From positions 2,114 to 66,113 of the forward strand of contig JAUWMI010000022.1 of assembly GCA_030613245.1 (NCBI GenBank): DNA of 64,000 bases, given 5' to 3'. Position 1 is the stretch's first letter. Every line of letters starts with the position of its first letter. This DNA comes from Candidatus Sumerlaeota bacterium. Lineage in GTDB: Bacteria > Sumerlaeota > Sumerlaeia > MWCT01 > JAUWMI01. The notes below the pieces were generated by a model. It did no database searches, was not told where the DNA came from, and saw nothing but the letters and a program-made list of their open reading frames with translations. This document shows positions 35,594 to 48,397 of this stretch, in pieces. The translations under genes were made by a program, and so were the position numbers.

Positions 35594-37957
35594 TTATTCG
35601 TCGGCCTGCATAATCTGAACATAGTCGCACTCGGTGCGATAGCATTTTATAATGCGCCGATTATTTCGCTGCTTCTGAAGCAAAAAGGGACTGTGGCACT
35701 TTGGGCATTCTTGGCTCAAAGGCATTTCCCACAGGATAAACTTGCATTGGGGATAGCAGTTACAGGCATAAAACGTCTTTCCCTTTTTTGACTGGCGCTC
35801 AATCAGCTCGCCAGAACAATTGGGCGCCGGGCAGGCAATGCCCAGGGTCAAAGGCTTAGAATTACGACACTTCGGGTAGCCCGGACACGCCAGGAAACGC
35901 CCTTTCTTGCCGACTTTGATGACCATCCGACGGCCACACTTCTCGCAAAGCGTGTCGGTCTCTTCACTCTGGACAATCCGGATTTCTCCATTCTTATCGC
36001 TGACGTATTCCTTTGTGTTACGGCACTCGGGGTAGTTTGGACATGCCAGAAATCGTCCCTTCTTTCCCCAGCGAATAATCATATTCGCACCGCACTTTTC
36101 ACATTTAATCTCCGTTGCTGTGAATTCCTGCTTGAGATTTCGCATAGAATAACGGGCTTCATCGAGGCGTTGCCGGAAGAGTCGGTAGAAGTTCTCCAAC
36201 AACTCGGCCCAGTTGACGCTCCCTTCCTCGACCTTGTCCAGCTGGTCTTCCATGATGGCTGTGAATTTGACATCCATCACCTCAGGAAAGCTCTTAATCA
36301 GAATATCCGTGACCAGGGTGCCCAGCTCTGTGGGCTTGAATAAACCCGATTCTCGAAGAACGTATTCCTTTTCTTGAATAATGCTGACAATGCTGGCGTA
36401 AGTGGAGGGCCGGCCGATTCCCCGGCGCTCAAGCTCCTTGATGAGCGAGCTTTGGGTGAATCGCGGAGGAGGCTTGGTGAAGTTTTGCTTTGGCTTGAGG
36501 CCAATGAGGCGCAGCTGTTCGCCCTCCGCTACTGGGGGAAGGCGTCTTTTCTCCTCCTTTTCGGACGACTCCGCTGACGCTTGCTCATCTGTTCCCTCTT
36601 CGTAAACCGTAAGGAACCCGGGGAATTCGAGAATCCTTTCTGTTTTTGAGAAGATGTACTTCTTCTTTACCTTGACATCAATCTCCGTCTGATCATATAC
36701 CGCAGGGCTCATTTGAGATGCCACGAACCGATTCCAGATCAGCTGATAAAGGGGATAGAGATCCTCATCGAGATGCACCTTCACAACCTCGGGAGGGAAG
36801 TCCATGGAAGTTGGCCGAATAGCCTCGTGGGCATCCTGAGCAGATCTTTTGCTCTTATATATATTTGGCGATGTGGGCAGATGCTCTTTGGAGTATGTCT
36901 TTTCAATGTATGCCCTGACGTGTTTGAGTGCCTCCTCAGACACCCGCATCGAGTCGGTGCGCATGTAGGTAATGAGCCCAATAGCACCCAGATCTCCGAG
37001 TTCTACCCCATTATAGAGCCGCTGGGCCAGGAACATGGTTCTTTTGGCCGACAAGCGCAGCTTGCGTGCGGCCTCCTGTTGAAGTGTGCTGGTGATAAAT
37101 GGGGGTGCAGGATTAATCTCTACCTTTTTCCGCTCTACCTCAGTAACGACAAATGGCTCACCCTCTATATCGCTAATGATTGCCTGAGCATTTGCTTCCG
37201 TGACAATGTTCGCTTTCTTCTTGTCAATCGTAGTAATGTTCACTTTCTTCTTGTCAATCGTAGTAAGGCGCAGATTGAATTGTGGAGGTTGTGCTGCTTC
37301 AACTAGGGCGTCAATTGTCCAGTATTCTTGCGGAACAAAGGTGGTGATTTCCCGCTCGCGATCGCAAATGAGCCGTACAGCAACTGATTGAACCCTACCT
37401 GCGCTCAAACCCCGGCGCACGTTTTTCCACAGCAAGGGACTTATTTGGTAGCCAACCAACCGATCGAGCACGCGTCGGGCTTGCTGTGCCTCGAAGAGAT
37501 CGCGGTTCAAGGATCCAGGGTTCTCAATTGCTCTAAGGACAGAGGCTTTAGTAATTTCATGAAAAATCGCACGGTAAATATTCTGATCCTTGTTTTTGAG
37601 CTCTTCTGCGATATGCCATGCAATTGCTTCCCCCTCACGATCTGGATCCGGGGCAAGGTAGATCTTGTCAGCTTTGCGGGCCGCTTGGACGATATGAGCG
37701 ATGATCTTTTCTTTGTTCTTAATAATCTCGTACTGAGGCTCAAATCCTTTGTCGATGTCAACGCCCAGTCGGCTCGTGGGAAGATCCTTGACATGACCAA
37801 TCGAGGCTTTAACGATAAAGTCGCTACCAAGGTACTTTTTGATCGTGCGAGCTTTTGCGGGCGACTCGACAATCACCAGCGATTTTTTTCTGTTTCGCAC
37901 AGCCGTACGGGTAGTGCTGTTCTTTCTTTTTACTCTTTTTTTAGTGTCTTGCTTCAT
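35594..37957 (-). CDS. topA: DNA topoisomerase I
   Basis: IVESPAK, DPDREGE, SAGRVQS, ITYMRTD, C-terminal Zn ribbons. Confidence 0.97.
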   Translation of the reverse strand: MKQDTKKRVKRKNSTTRTAVRNRKKSLVIVESPAKARTIKKYLGSDFIVKASIGHVKDLPTSRLGVDIDKGFEPQYEIIKNKEKIIAHIVQAARKADKIYLAPDPDREGEAIAWHIAEELKNKDQNIYRAIFHEITKASVLRAIENPGSLNRDLFEAQQARRVLDRLVGYQISPLLWKNVRRGLSAGRVQSVAVRLICDREREITTFVPQEYWTIDALVEAAQPPQFNLRLTTIDKKKVNITTIDKKKANIVTEANAQAIISDIEGEPFVVTEVERKKVEINPAPPFITSTLQQEAARKLRLSAKRTMFLAQRLYNGVELGDLGAIGLITYMRTDSMRVSEEALKHVRAYIEKTYSKEHLPTSPNIYKSKRSAQDAHEAIRPTSMDFPPEVVKVHLDEDLYPLYQLIWNRFVASQMSPAVYDQTEIDVKVKKKYIFSKTERILEFPGFLTVYEEGTDEQASAESSEKEEKRRLPPVAEGEQLRLIGLKPKQNFTKPPPRFTQSSLIKELERRGIGRPSTYASIVSIIQEKEYVLRESGLFKPTELGTLVTDILIKSFPEVMDVKFTAIMEDQLDKVEEGSVNWAELLENFYRLFRQRLDEARYSMRNLKQEFTATEIKCEKCGANMIIRWGKKGRFLACPNYPECRNTKEYVSDKNGEIRIVQSEETDTLCEKCGRRMVIKVGKKGRFLACPGYPKCRNSKPLTLGIACPAPNCSGELIERQSKKGKTFYACNCYPQCKFILWEMPLSQECPKCHSPFLLQKQRNNRRIIKCYRTECDYVQIMQADE
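37205..37264. repeat. 30-bp in-frame tandem duplication in topA
   Basis: AATGTTC(G/A)CTTTCTTCTTGTCAATCGTAGT x2 = TTIDKKKVNI/TTIDKKKANI. Confidence 0.9.
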
Positions 37958-38032
37958 GCCAAAGATTTCTCGTCCCCCTTAAAAGCAAGTATATAGCAGA
38001 ATTCGTAAAAATCCAAATTTTTACACTCTATT

Positions 38033-39166
38033 TCATACTTTTGCCGTGAAGACCTTTCCCGGCAACTGACGAACCAGCCCTTGCATTTCCAGCTTTAGCA
38101 AAATTGTAGACAGCAAGCCTACTCGTTGTCTCTGCGGTACCCTATCGTAGAGAGGCAAGAGACTTTCGAACGAGAGCGGTTCGCCTTGGATGAGCGAGTA
38201 GACGTAGCGCTCCTCCACTGAGAGGCGTGTTTCCGGCTTGGCTTCTATGCGCGCCTCAGGCTCTTCTTCCTTGAGCAGACCCCTCAGAAGAAAGTGCAAG
38301 TCTTCCAGAATATCGTCACCCGACTGAACAAGCTTTGCTCCGGCCTGGATCAGTGCGTTTGTGCCCTGGCTGTTGCGCCGCGTAATATCGCCAGGGACAG
38401 CGTAGACCGCGCGATTCTCCTCCAGCGCACATTGTGCTGTGATCAGAGCGCCGCTCTTGCGTGACGCTTCGACAATCAGTGTCCCCAAACTGAGACTGGC
38501 AATTACCGCATTACGTTCGGGAAAGTTGCCTTTGTTCGGCGGAGTCTCCATAGGATAAGTCGAAATAACCGCCCCATGCTTGGTTATAGCGTTCATCAGT
38601 CGGCGATTTTCCGCCGGGTAGCAACGGGCCAGGCCACTACCTAAAACGGCGATGGTTCGCGCCCCGTTTTCCAGCGCTGCCTCATGCGCAATCCCATCAA
38701 TGCCTTTAGCCATGCCACTGACAATGATAAAGCCCACTTCCGCCAGCCGTTTGCAAATGTCCTTGCACACACTTTTCCCGTACTGTGTGTTAATCCGTGA
38801 GCCAACTACCGAAATCGCAAAACGATCCTGATGATTAAGTGTCCCTTTAACATAAAGCAGCGGTGGCGGCAAGGAACCATTCTTGAGGTTCATGGGGTAG
38901 TGATCGTCATAATAGCAGACGAGCTGCACACTATGCTCTTCAATCAGCTCGAGCTCGTGCTCGAGATGCACGCTGCCCTCATGCCCAACTACATTGCGGG
39001 CAGTAATCGCATCCATACCCGGAACAGCTACCAGCTCTTCGTACCCGGCTTGGAGCACCTGCTGAGGAGTCCCTAACTGTTCAATCAGCGCGAACAACCG
39101 CCTTGGGGTCATACCCGGCACGAAGCTCAATGTTAACCATGCAATCTGGCTGCTGCTATGGGCCAT
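38033..39166 (-). CDS. dprA: DNA processing protein DprA
   Basis: VVGSR, SGMAKGIDG, FPERN, SGALITA, YAVPG. Confidence 0.95.
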   Translation of the reverse strand: MAHSSSQIAWLTLSFVPGMTPRRLFALIEQLGTPQQVLQAGYEELVAVPGMDAITARNVVGHEGSVHLEHELELIEEHSVQLVCYYDDHYPMNLKNGSLPPPLLYVKGTLNHQDRFAISVVGSRINTQYGKSVCKDICKRLAEVGFIIVSGMAKGIDGIAHEAALENGARTIAVLGSGLARCYPAENRRLMNAITKHGAVISTYPMETPPNKGNFPERNAVIASLSLGTLIVEASRKSGALITAQCALEENRAVYAVPGDITRRNSQGTNALIQAGAKLVQSGDDILEDLHFLLRGLLKEEEPEARIEAKPETRLSVEERYVYSLIQGEPLSFESLLPLYDRVPQRQRVGLLSTILLKLEMQGLVRQLPGKVFTAKV

Positions 39167-39575
39167 CGGCGTTGAACAACCTCTCCCCTGGCACCCCAGA
39201 CCCGAGCTACTCGAGCAGCCGTTTCCGTCCAGTTGCTACATAAGAATACTAGGCGCCACGCATTAACTAATGCTCACCGGCCTGGCGTGCTTCTTATCAG
39301 GCACTGCCGAACCATCTTCTTATATTCCAAGGCTGACTCTGCATGATGAGGTCAGCAAACAAAAAAAACGTCCTGTCCTCCGAAGGAACCGGATATATCT
39401 CGTCAGATACAGGAGAGGAGATATTGGCTATTGAGACGGGAAAACGCAACTTCACAAAATACCTTGGCGTATGTAAAAGCGGAGTCGGGGTACCATGCCG
39501 AAAATCTTTTTCCGATCCGAATTAGCTCGGTCTCAGCTCGCCAGAAAGATTACCTTTCTCCCCAGGAGACCTGTC

Positions 39576-40601
39576 CTAAAGCGCCTTGAATACCTCGGAT
39601 TTGATCCGCTGTTGTGAATCCTTGTTTGAAGAGCGTAAAAAGACCAGTATATTAATCTTGCAAAATACGGTTGTCAGGTACGGGGTCCCGGTTGGGTCAT
39701 TTTTTGCCTCCGGGGGGAGAAGTCCGATCCACTTCTGGTACTTGGCAAGGACATTCTCAGCGTCTCCAGACATCTGGAACAGGAATATGTGGGCTTGTAT
39801 TGACTCATTTCTGATCCTGAATATGCGGAATTCAAACTCATTGCTGCTCATAAGGTCGTTCCTAATGTTGAGGAGAGGATCGCTATAGATCATATCCACA
39901 ATTTCTTTACGAGTATACTCGCCTGTTGTCCCTCTCGCAATGCCCGGAATTTCTACCTCGTCCAATTTGAAGTCCTCAAGGCGATCCCAAGGGATATTAC
40001 TATTGATATGTTGTCGGTAGAAATCCTGAAATGAGTAGTAAAGCTTTTTGGTATACTTATAGTTTTTAAGATTATGATAATCATAAATGCCGAATGCCGG
40101 GATGCCCCAGATGACAAACAAAACGCCAATGGCTATGAGCACGAGCCTCATATAAATACTTTTAACAGCGGCCACTGCAAAGGTGACTAGTTTCTTCTGG
40201 AAGCCTGACATTGCATACTGGAAGCCACTGACGGTCGCTAGCTTGTCCTTCTTTTCTTCCAGATAACCGATGGTTTCGTTCAGCAGGAGGTATGACTCGT
40301 GCCATTCAATTTCGATCTTTTTGATCTCGGCAATGCTTAGCTTGTTGATGTGTCGCAAGGTGATGCACCGCGCGACGATACTCAAGACATTCTGGCCGAT
40401 ATTTTGATCATGCGTGAGTGCTTCCATGAAGGCGTCGTGCAGCATAGCGATGTTGCTCTTATTTTCGAGGAACGTGGCTTCTTTGTCGGGGGTGACGTCG
40501 GTTCCTTTGACGCCGATGGCAAAGAAGTCGTGGAATTTCCGCCATGCCGCAGCGAGGCTTCTGCAATCTTCAAGCTGTTTCTCTACCTTCAGGTCAATCA
40601 T
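39576..40601 (-). CDS. Hypothetical membrane-anchored protein
   Basis: 341-aa ORF with a helical N-terminal domain and a central hydrophobic helix; no motif recognised. Confidence 0.7.
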   Translation of the reverse strand: MIDLKVEKQLEDCRSLAAAWRKFHDFFAIGVKGTDVTPDKEATFLENKSNIAMLHDAFMEALTHDQNIGQNVLSIVARCITLRHINKLSIAEIKKIEIEWHESYLLLNETIGYLEEKKDKLATVSGFQYAMSGFQKKLVTFAVAAVKSIYMRLVLIAIGVLFVIWGIPAFGIYDYHNLKNYKYTKKLYYSFQDFYRQHINSNIPWDRLEDFKLDEVEIPGIARGTTGEYTRKEIVDMIYSDPLLNIRNDLMSSNEFEFRIFRIRNESIQAHIFLFQMSGDAENVLAKYQKWIGLLPPEAKNDPTGTPYLTTVFCKINILVFLRSSNKDSQQRIKSEVFKAL

Positions 40602-40777
40602 AGCTTCTTAGAGGAATGCCAGTTTGCGAAAAAGCACCGCACATCTTGTGTTTCTCAAGGTGCGCAGACGCCATAATTTCCTCGACGCACTCTGTTGTCA
40701 AGAGCGTCCCGCATATCCTTGCAATACTTGGCCTGCTTAACACGCAGGGTCTTCACCTAAGGGGATGCTGGCCTGTG

Positions 40778-41995
40778 CTACTGGGACACCATTTCCACCA
40801 TTTTGAACAAGGGCATGAACATTGAGATGACGATGAAGCCAACTACTACGCCAAGAAACACAATCAGGAGAGGTTCTATCATGGACGTAAGGCCAGCCAC
40901 TGACGCATTAACCTGATCTTCGTAAAAATCGGCAATCTTTGTCAACATACTTTCTAACGCGCCTGTCCGTTCGCCAACGTCAATCATGCGCGTTACCATG
41001 GGCGGAAACACCTGCGACTCGACTAAAGGTTTCGTGATACTGTCCCCGCCCTGAATACTCGTTCGAGTGCGATACAGGGCCTCTTCAATCACAGCGTTGC
41101 CCGAAGTCTTTGCGACGATTTCAAGTGCATAGAGAATATTTACGCCTGCCCGGATAAGGGTGCCCAGCGTACGGGTGAATTTGGCAATAGCTGCCTTGAG
41201 TATCAGCGGTCCAAATATTGGAAGCTTTAATTTGACTGCATCAATCTTCGCTCGACCCGTCTTGGTCTTCCCCCATTGCCACAGCCCTATGCAGCAACCT
41301 CCGAGAATCAGGCCTACTACTAGCCAGTTCTCCTTGACTAAATTGCTTAATCCGACGGTAATTCGCGTCGGGAGCGGAAGCTCTCCACCGAGATCTATGA
41401 AAATGTTCTCGAACACAGGGACAACTTTGACCAGCAAGAAGGTAGTTATGAGCAGGGCAACACTGGAGACTACCGCTGGATACATAGTCGCCGACTTAAT
41501 CTTGCGTTGGATCGAAACCAGTTTCTCCAAGTAAAGGGCCACCTGATCCAAAATAGTATCCAGCATACCGCTCGCTTCTCCCGCTTTTATCATACTGATA
41601 AAGAAGGGGTTGAAAACCTTTGGGTGCTTTTGAATGGCTTCGGTCAATGACGAGCCGCCCTCGATATCCCGTTCAATCTCTCGCAGGATATCTCTGAACA
41701 CCTTCTTTTCCACCTGTTCGGCAAGGATGTTAATTACCTCAATCAGGGGAAGGCCTGCGCGAATCATGGTTGCCATCTGTCGGCTGAAAATGACGAGGTC
41801 GTCAAGCTTTACCCGACCGCGGCGCCCAGCTTTCTTGCGCGCGACCTGTGCCCCAGCGCTTGCTTGTTGGATAGTCGTGGGTATTAGGCCTTGGTCGCGG
41901 AGCATCTTGACCACCGCCGACTGAGTCGAGGCTTCTGTTGAACCGGTGACTGTTTTCCCCTGAGGACTTCGGGCAACATACTGATAGAATGGCAT
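40778..41995 (-). CDS. pilC: Type IV pilus / T2SS platform protein
   Basis: FSRQMATMIRAGLP, AGEASGMLD, VGERTGALE, MIEP. Confidence 0.93.
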   Translation of the reverse strand: MPFYQYVARSPQGKTVTGSTEASTQSAVVKMLRDQGLIPTTIQQASAGAQVARKKAGRRGRVKLDDLVIFSRQMATMIRAGLPLIEVINILAEQVEKKVFRDILREIERDIEGGSSLTEAIQKHPKVFNPFFISMIKAGEASGMLDTILDQVALYLEKLVSIQRKIKSATMYPAVVSSVALLITTFLLVKVVPVFENIFIDLGGELPLPTRITVGLSNLVKENWLVVGLILGGCCIGLWQWGKTKTGRAKIDAVKLKLPIFGPLILKAAIAKFTRTLGTLIRAGVNILYALEIVAKTSGNAVIEEALYRTRTSIQGGDSITKPLVESQVFPPMVTRMIDVGERTGALESMLTKIADFYEDQVNASVAGLTSMIEPLLIVFLGVVVGFIVISMFMPLFKMVEMVSQ

Positions 41996-42019
41996 CAGAT
42001 CCTCCTGTAAACGTTAAAC

Positions 42020-43738
42020 TTAATCCGCAACAGTAGAAGCGAGAACTTCTTCTGGCGTCGTTAGGCCTTCAAGCACCTTTTTCGTGCCGGATTGACGTAA
42101 TGTTTCCATACCCTCTTCTATCGCCACTTTCTTCATATTGGTAGAAGAGATACCTTCTATTATCAGGTCACGCATTCTGTCTGAGACCACCATTACCTCA
42201 TAGAGTGCGATGCGGCCTTTGTAGCCGGTCATGCGGCACCGGTCGCATCCGATCCCCTTGTATATCTTGATCTCTTTGGAGTCCTGAATTTTCAGAGCCG
42301 TCATGAGGTCTGCGGAGAGCTTATAGACCTCTTTACAGTTTTCGCAAATGCGTCGTACCAGGCGCTGAGCCACTACCATGTTGATTGATGCCGTGACCAG
42401 AAACGGCTCGACCCCCATGTTTGTCAAGCGGTTGATACTGCTGGGAGCATCGTTGGTGTGGAGCGTACTGAGCACCAGATGGCCTGTGAGTGCGGCCTTG
42501 ACTGCAATTTCCGCAGTTTCGAGATCCCGCACCTCGCCAACCATGATAATGTCAGGATCCTGACGAAGGAAAGAGCGGAGTCCCTCGGCAAAGGTCAGGC
42601 CGATTTCAGGCTTTGCCTGGACTTGATTGATTCCCTTTATCTGATATTCAATTGGGTCTTCAACGGTAATGATGTTCTTGCGCGGATCGTTGATGGTGGT
42701 AAGAGCAGAATAGAGGGTAGTTGATTTTCCGCTTCCTGTTGGCCCGGTGACCAGCATCATTCCCCACGGCTGCCGGATTTGCTCTTCAAACTTCTTCAAA
42801 GCATCTGGCTCAAATCCCAGATCTGAAAGGCCTAAACTCAAGATGCTCTGGTCCAGAATACGCATAACCACCTTCTCTCCGAACGCGGTCGGACAGACTG
42901 ACACCCGGAAATCGATTGGCCGATTCTGTATCCGTACCTTAAAGCGTCCGTCCTGTGGAAGGCGCCGCTCAGCAATGTCCAGCTCAGAAAGTATTTTAAT
43001 GCGCGAGATAATTGCGTTCTGGAACTTTTTTGGAGGCGATGTCATTTCCTGGAGCACGCCATCAATCCGGTAGCGCAACCGAAGGCTCTTTTCGTACGGC
43101 TCGACGTGAATATCACTTGCCTTGGCCTTAATGGCTTCTGAAATGATCAGATTTACCAGCTGGATTACCGGTGCATCATTAACCTCCACCGCCAGGTCGG
43201 CATCATCTTCTTCTTCGATCTCGTCCTCTTCTTTGATAATCTCCATCTCCTGGTCGGTAATATCCTTCAGCATCTCCTCGAAGTTGTCCTCTTCCCGGGA
43301 ATAATAACGACTAATCGCTTCGGCGATATCGGATTCAAAACTGATTACCGGAATGATTTGACATTTCGTTAGGAGCCGAAGTTCGTCGAGCAGGTAGATG
43401 TTTGATGGATCCGAAAGGGCGATAGTCAGCGTGTCGCCTGTTTTATCAACTGGGACAATTTTATATTTCCTGACAATTGACTCCGGGATACTTTCAAGCA
43501 CCTGGCGGTCAATTTCATAGTGTGCAAGCGTAATAAAAGGAACGTTTAGCTGCTTGCCAAGTGCTGCAGCCATCTCCCATTCTGAGGCTAAACCGAGCTC
43601 CACCAGAATGTGGCCCAAACTGATGCCGCTTTCCTCTTGTTTTTCAAGTGCGCCCTCGAGATCTTCCTGCGTGATGATAGAATCCTTCACCAGCATCTCG
43701 CCCAGTTTGCGTTCCATCGCTGTCGGCATCACAACCAC
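42020..43738 (-). CDS. pilB: Type IV pilus assembly ATPase
   Basis: ASDIHVEP, GPTGSGKSTT, LRQDPD, STLHTND, CxxC..CxxC; N-terminal KLGEMLV domain. Confidence 0.93.
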   Translation of the reverse strand: MVVMPTAMERKLGEMLVKDSIITQEDLEGALEKQEESGISLGHILVELGLASEWEMAAALGKQLNVPFITLAHYEIDRQVLESIPESIVRKYKIVPVDKTGDTLTIALSDPSNIYLLDELRLLTKCQIIPVISFESDIAEAISRYYSREEDNFEEMLKDITDQEMEIIKEEDEIEEEDDADLAVEVNDAPVIQLVNLIISEAIKAKASDIHVEPYEKSLRLRYRIDGVLQEMTSPPKKFQNAIISRIKILSELDIAERRLPQDGRFKVRIQNRPIDFRVSVCPTAFGEKVVMRILDQSILSLGLSDLGFEPDALKKFEEQIRQPWGMMLVTGPTGSGKSTTLYSALTTINDPRKNIITVEDPIEYQIKGINQVQAKPEIGLTFAEGLRSFLRQDPDIIMVGEVRDLETAEIAVKAALTGHLVLSTLHTNDAPSSINRLTNMGVEPFLVTASINMVVAQRLVRRICENCKEVYKLSADLMTALKIQDSKEIKIYKGIGCDRCRMTGYKGRIALYEVMVVSDRMRDLIIEGISSTNMKKVAIEEGMETLRQSGTKKVLEGLTTPEEVLASTVAD

Positions 43739-43999
43739 TCCAACAAAAAATTGATCATCAGCCTAAGAATCAGACAATTTATCTATAATACAGGTATATT
43801 AGATATTGCAGTTTTGCTCGGGTGTCAATTCAAAAGATGGTAACAAAGTATTCCATCTTCACGCTATGGTCTATCACTGCCTTCAACAGCGAGATCCTCA
43901 TTTCCTTGGGGTTACGATCAGAAATCCCACACTGGAGATGAAATTAATCGTCAGGATCGGCCTTTCGCAATGGGCTTTGGTGCCAATGCCCCGAGGTGC

Positions 44000-45256
44000 C
44001 TATTCACGGGTGTGCCCGGAACCAAAGACGATGAATTTTGACGTCGTGAGCTCCTTAAGGCCCATGGGCCCGCGGGCATGCAGCTTATCTGTACTAATGC
44101 CAACCTCGCAGCCCATACCAAATTCACCACCATCGCTAAATCTGGTCGAGGCATTGACGAACACACATGCCGAATCAACCTGGTTGAGAAAGGCCATGGC
44201 ACTGTTGTGGTCCTGCGTAATAATAGCATCTGTGTGATGCGAGCCATAAGTATTGATGAATGTAATGGCCGCCTCAGTGCTTTCGATAGTTTTAACCGAG
44301 AGAATAAGAGCGAGATACTCGGTAATCCAATCCTCTTGTGTGGCTTGCTTGAGCTGAGGGAAATGTGCGCGCACCTGTTCACAAGCCCGAATTTCCACAC
44401 CTGCTTTTTCCAAAGCCGGAATCAGAACGGGCAGCAGCTTATCGGCGACCTGCTGATGGATCAAGAGCGACTCTACAGCGTTGCACACTCCAGGGCGTTG
44501 CGTCTTGGCGTTCAGAATGATGCGGTTGGCCATTGTCACGTCGGCCGATGCATCAATGTAGATGTAGCAATTGCCATCGTAATGCTTGATCACCGGAATG
44601 GTAGAGTTCTTGACCACTGTTTCGATTAATGCGCGTCCTCCTCGAGGAATAATCAGATCAATGTATTCGTTCAGCCTGAGCATTTCGCTTACTACTTCGC
44701 GCTCTGTTACGGGAACGAGTTGAATAGCTCCCCCAGGGAGTCCGGTGCGGGTGCCAGCCTCTGCAATGACATCGGCAATCTTGCGGTTCGAATTAATGGC
44801 CTCCGAGCCCCCGCGCAGAATTACGACATTTCCTGATTTTACACACAGAGAGGCGGCATCCGACGTGACATTGGGACGCGATTCGTAAATGAAACCAATT
44901 ACCCCGATGGGAACTCGCATGCGTCCAACCCTCAGGCCGTTGGGGCGGGTACGCATATCGTAGATCTCCCCTACCGGGTCGTCCAGAGCCGCAACCTGGC
45001 GAATTGAGTCTGCCATGGCCTGGATGCGTTTCTCATTGAGAAGCAGCCGATCAAGCAATGCTGCTGATCTTCCCTGGGCTTTCCCCTTCTCAAGATCCTG
45101 TTGATTTGTTGCCTGCAGCTCTGCCTGGTTATCCTGGAGTGCATCTGCCATGGCGAGCAAAGCCCTATTCTTCACCTTTGGCTCTAGCGCTGCAAGAATC
45201 GCGGCTGCGGCTTTTGCGTTCTTCGCCAACTCGAGGATCAACTCGCGCGGCTTCAT
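44000..45256 (-). CDS. proA: Gamma-glutamyl phosphate reductase
   Basis: IYESRPNVT, CNAVESLL, NASTRFSDG, KLHARGPMG. Confidence 0.97.
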   Translation of the reverse strand: MKPRELILELAKNAKAAAAILAALEPKVKNRALLAMADALQDNQAELQATNQQDLEKGKAQGRSAALLDRLLLNEKRIQAMADSIRQVAALDDPVGEIYDMRTRPNGLRVGRMRVPIGVIGFIYESRPNVTSDAASLCVKSGNVVILRGGSEAINSNRKIADVIAEAGTRTGLPGGAIQLVPVTEREVVSEMLRLNEYIDLIIPRGGRALIETVVKNSTIPVIKHYDGNCYIYIDASADVTMANRIILNAKTQRPGVCNAVESLLIHQQVADKLLPVLIPALEKAGVEIRACEQVRAHFPQLKQATQEDWITEYLALILSVKTIESTEAAITFINTYGSHHTDAIITQDHNSAMAFLNQVDSACVFVNASTRFSDGGEFGMGCEVGISTDKLHARGPMGLKELTTSKFIVFGSGHTRE

Positions 45257-45273
45257 TTGCTTCTCCTTCTTGC

Positions 45274-47479
<2,206 letters not shown>

Positions 47480-47612
47480 TTATTGTGCATTCGGATCCGG
47501 TACGGTCATGCCTAAGCACGCATTACAAAAAACTACCCCCTCATCTGGTGTCACATCGCAAACCACTCGCAAATCTATGCCATACATGGCAATGCGTACC
47601 GGAGAGGAGGAG

Positions 47613-47882
47613 CTAGTTAGTTGTGGAAGGTGCTATTATGTTAATAATACGTTTCTTGCCATTCTGACGGCGGACAAATTTGACTATTCCGCTTATCTTG
47701 GCAAAGAGCGTATCGTCTTTGCCCTGGCCGACGTTTTGACCAGGAAAAAATCGAGTGCCTCGCTGGCGTACCAGAATTGTTCCACCGGTCACCATCTGAC
47801 CGTCAGAAGATTTCACACCCAGTCGCTGCGAGTGGCTATCACGTCCGTTTCTTGAACTGCCTACGCCTTTCTTGTGTGCCAT
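47613..47882 (-). CDS. rpmA: 50S ribosomal protein L27
   Basis: [16 protein letters not shown]; start ATG 47882. Confidence 0.97.
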   Translation of the reverse strand: MAHKKGVGSSRNGRDSHSQRLGVKSSDGQMVTGGTILVRQRGTRFFPGQNVGQGKDDTLFAKISGIVKFVRRQNGKKRIINIIAPSTTN

Positions 47883-47954
47883 ATTTCTTACGCCTCCCGT
47901 AAAACGCTGCGTCAGGCAACGTGCTGCCCGCGTGCCATGGCTTGTCGGCAATGT

Positions 47955-48299
47955 CTAGGCTTCCTGCGCTGCTTTCTGGCGAGCCTGACGCAACTTGATT
48001 TTGTCAATCGTAATTTCAGTGAAATCTTGCCGATGCCCTCGTCGCTTCTCGTATCCCTTACGCCGCTTATAGGTATAGACGAGAATCTTTCGTCCACGGC
48101 CGTGTCGCACAATGGTGCCTTCGATCTTGGCATTGGCCACTTTGGGGTTTCCAATAAGGACGTCATTGTCCTTCTTCACCATCAACACGGTATTCAGCGT
48201 TACCTTGCTTCCAACATCACCGGGGATCTTCTCAATACGAAGCCTCTCCCCTTCCTTGATGCGGTATTGTTTTCCGCCGGTCTGAACAATAGCGTACAT
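47955..48299 (-). CDS. rplU: 50S ribosomal protein L21
   Basis: MYAIVQTGGKQY..RGHRQ. Confidence 0.97.
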   Translation of the reverse strand: MYAIVQTGGKQYRIKEGERLRIEKIPGDVGSKVTLNTVLMVKKDNDVLIGNPKVANAKIEGTIVRHGRGRKILVYTYKRRKGYEKRRGHRQDFTEITIDKIKLRQARQKAAQEA

Positions 48300-48397
48300 T
48301 CCGTAGGAGCCTCCACACGATTCGCGTATTCAAAAATAAAAAAGCGCTAGCACATTCTGGTACTTGTCCAACAAATCGGGTTCTAGTTAAAATCAAA

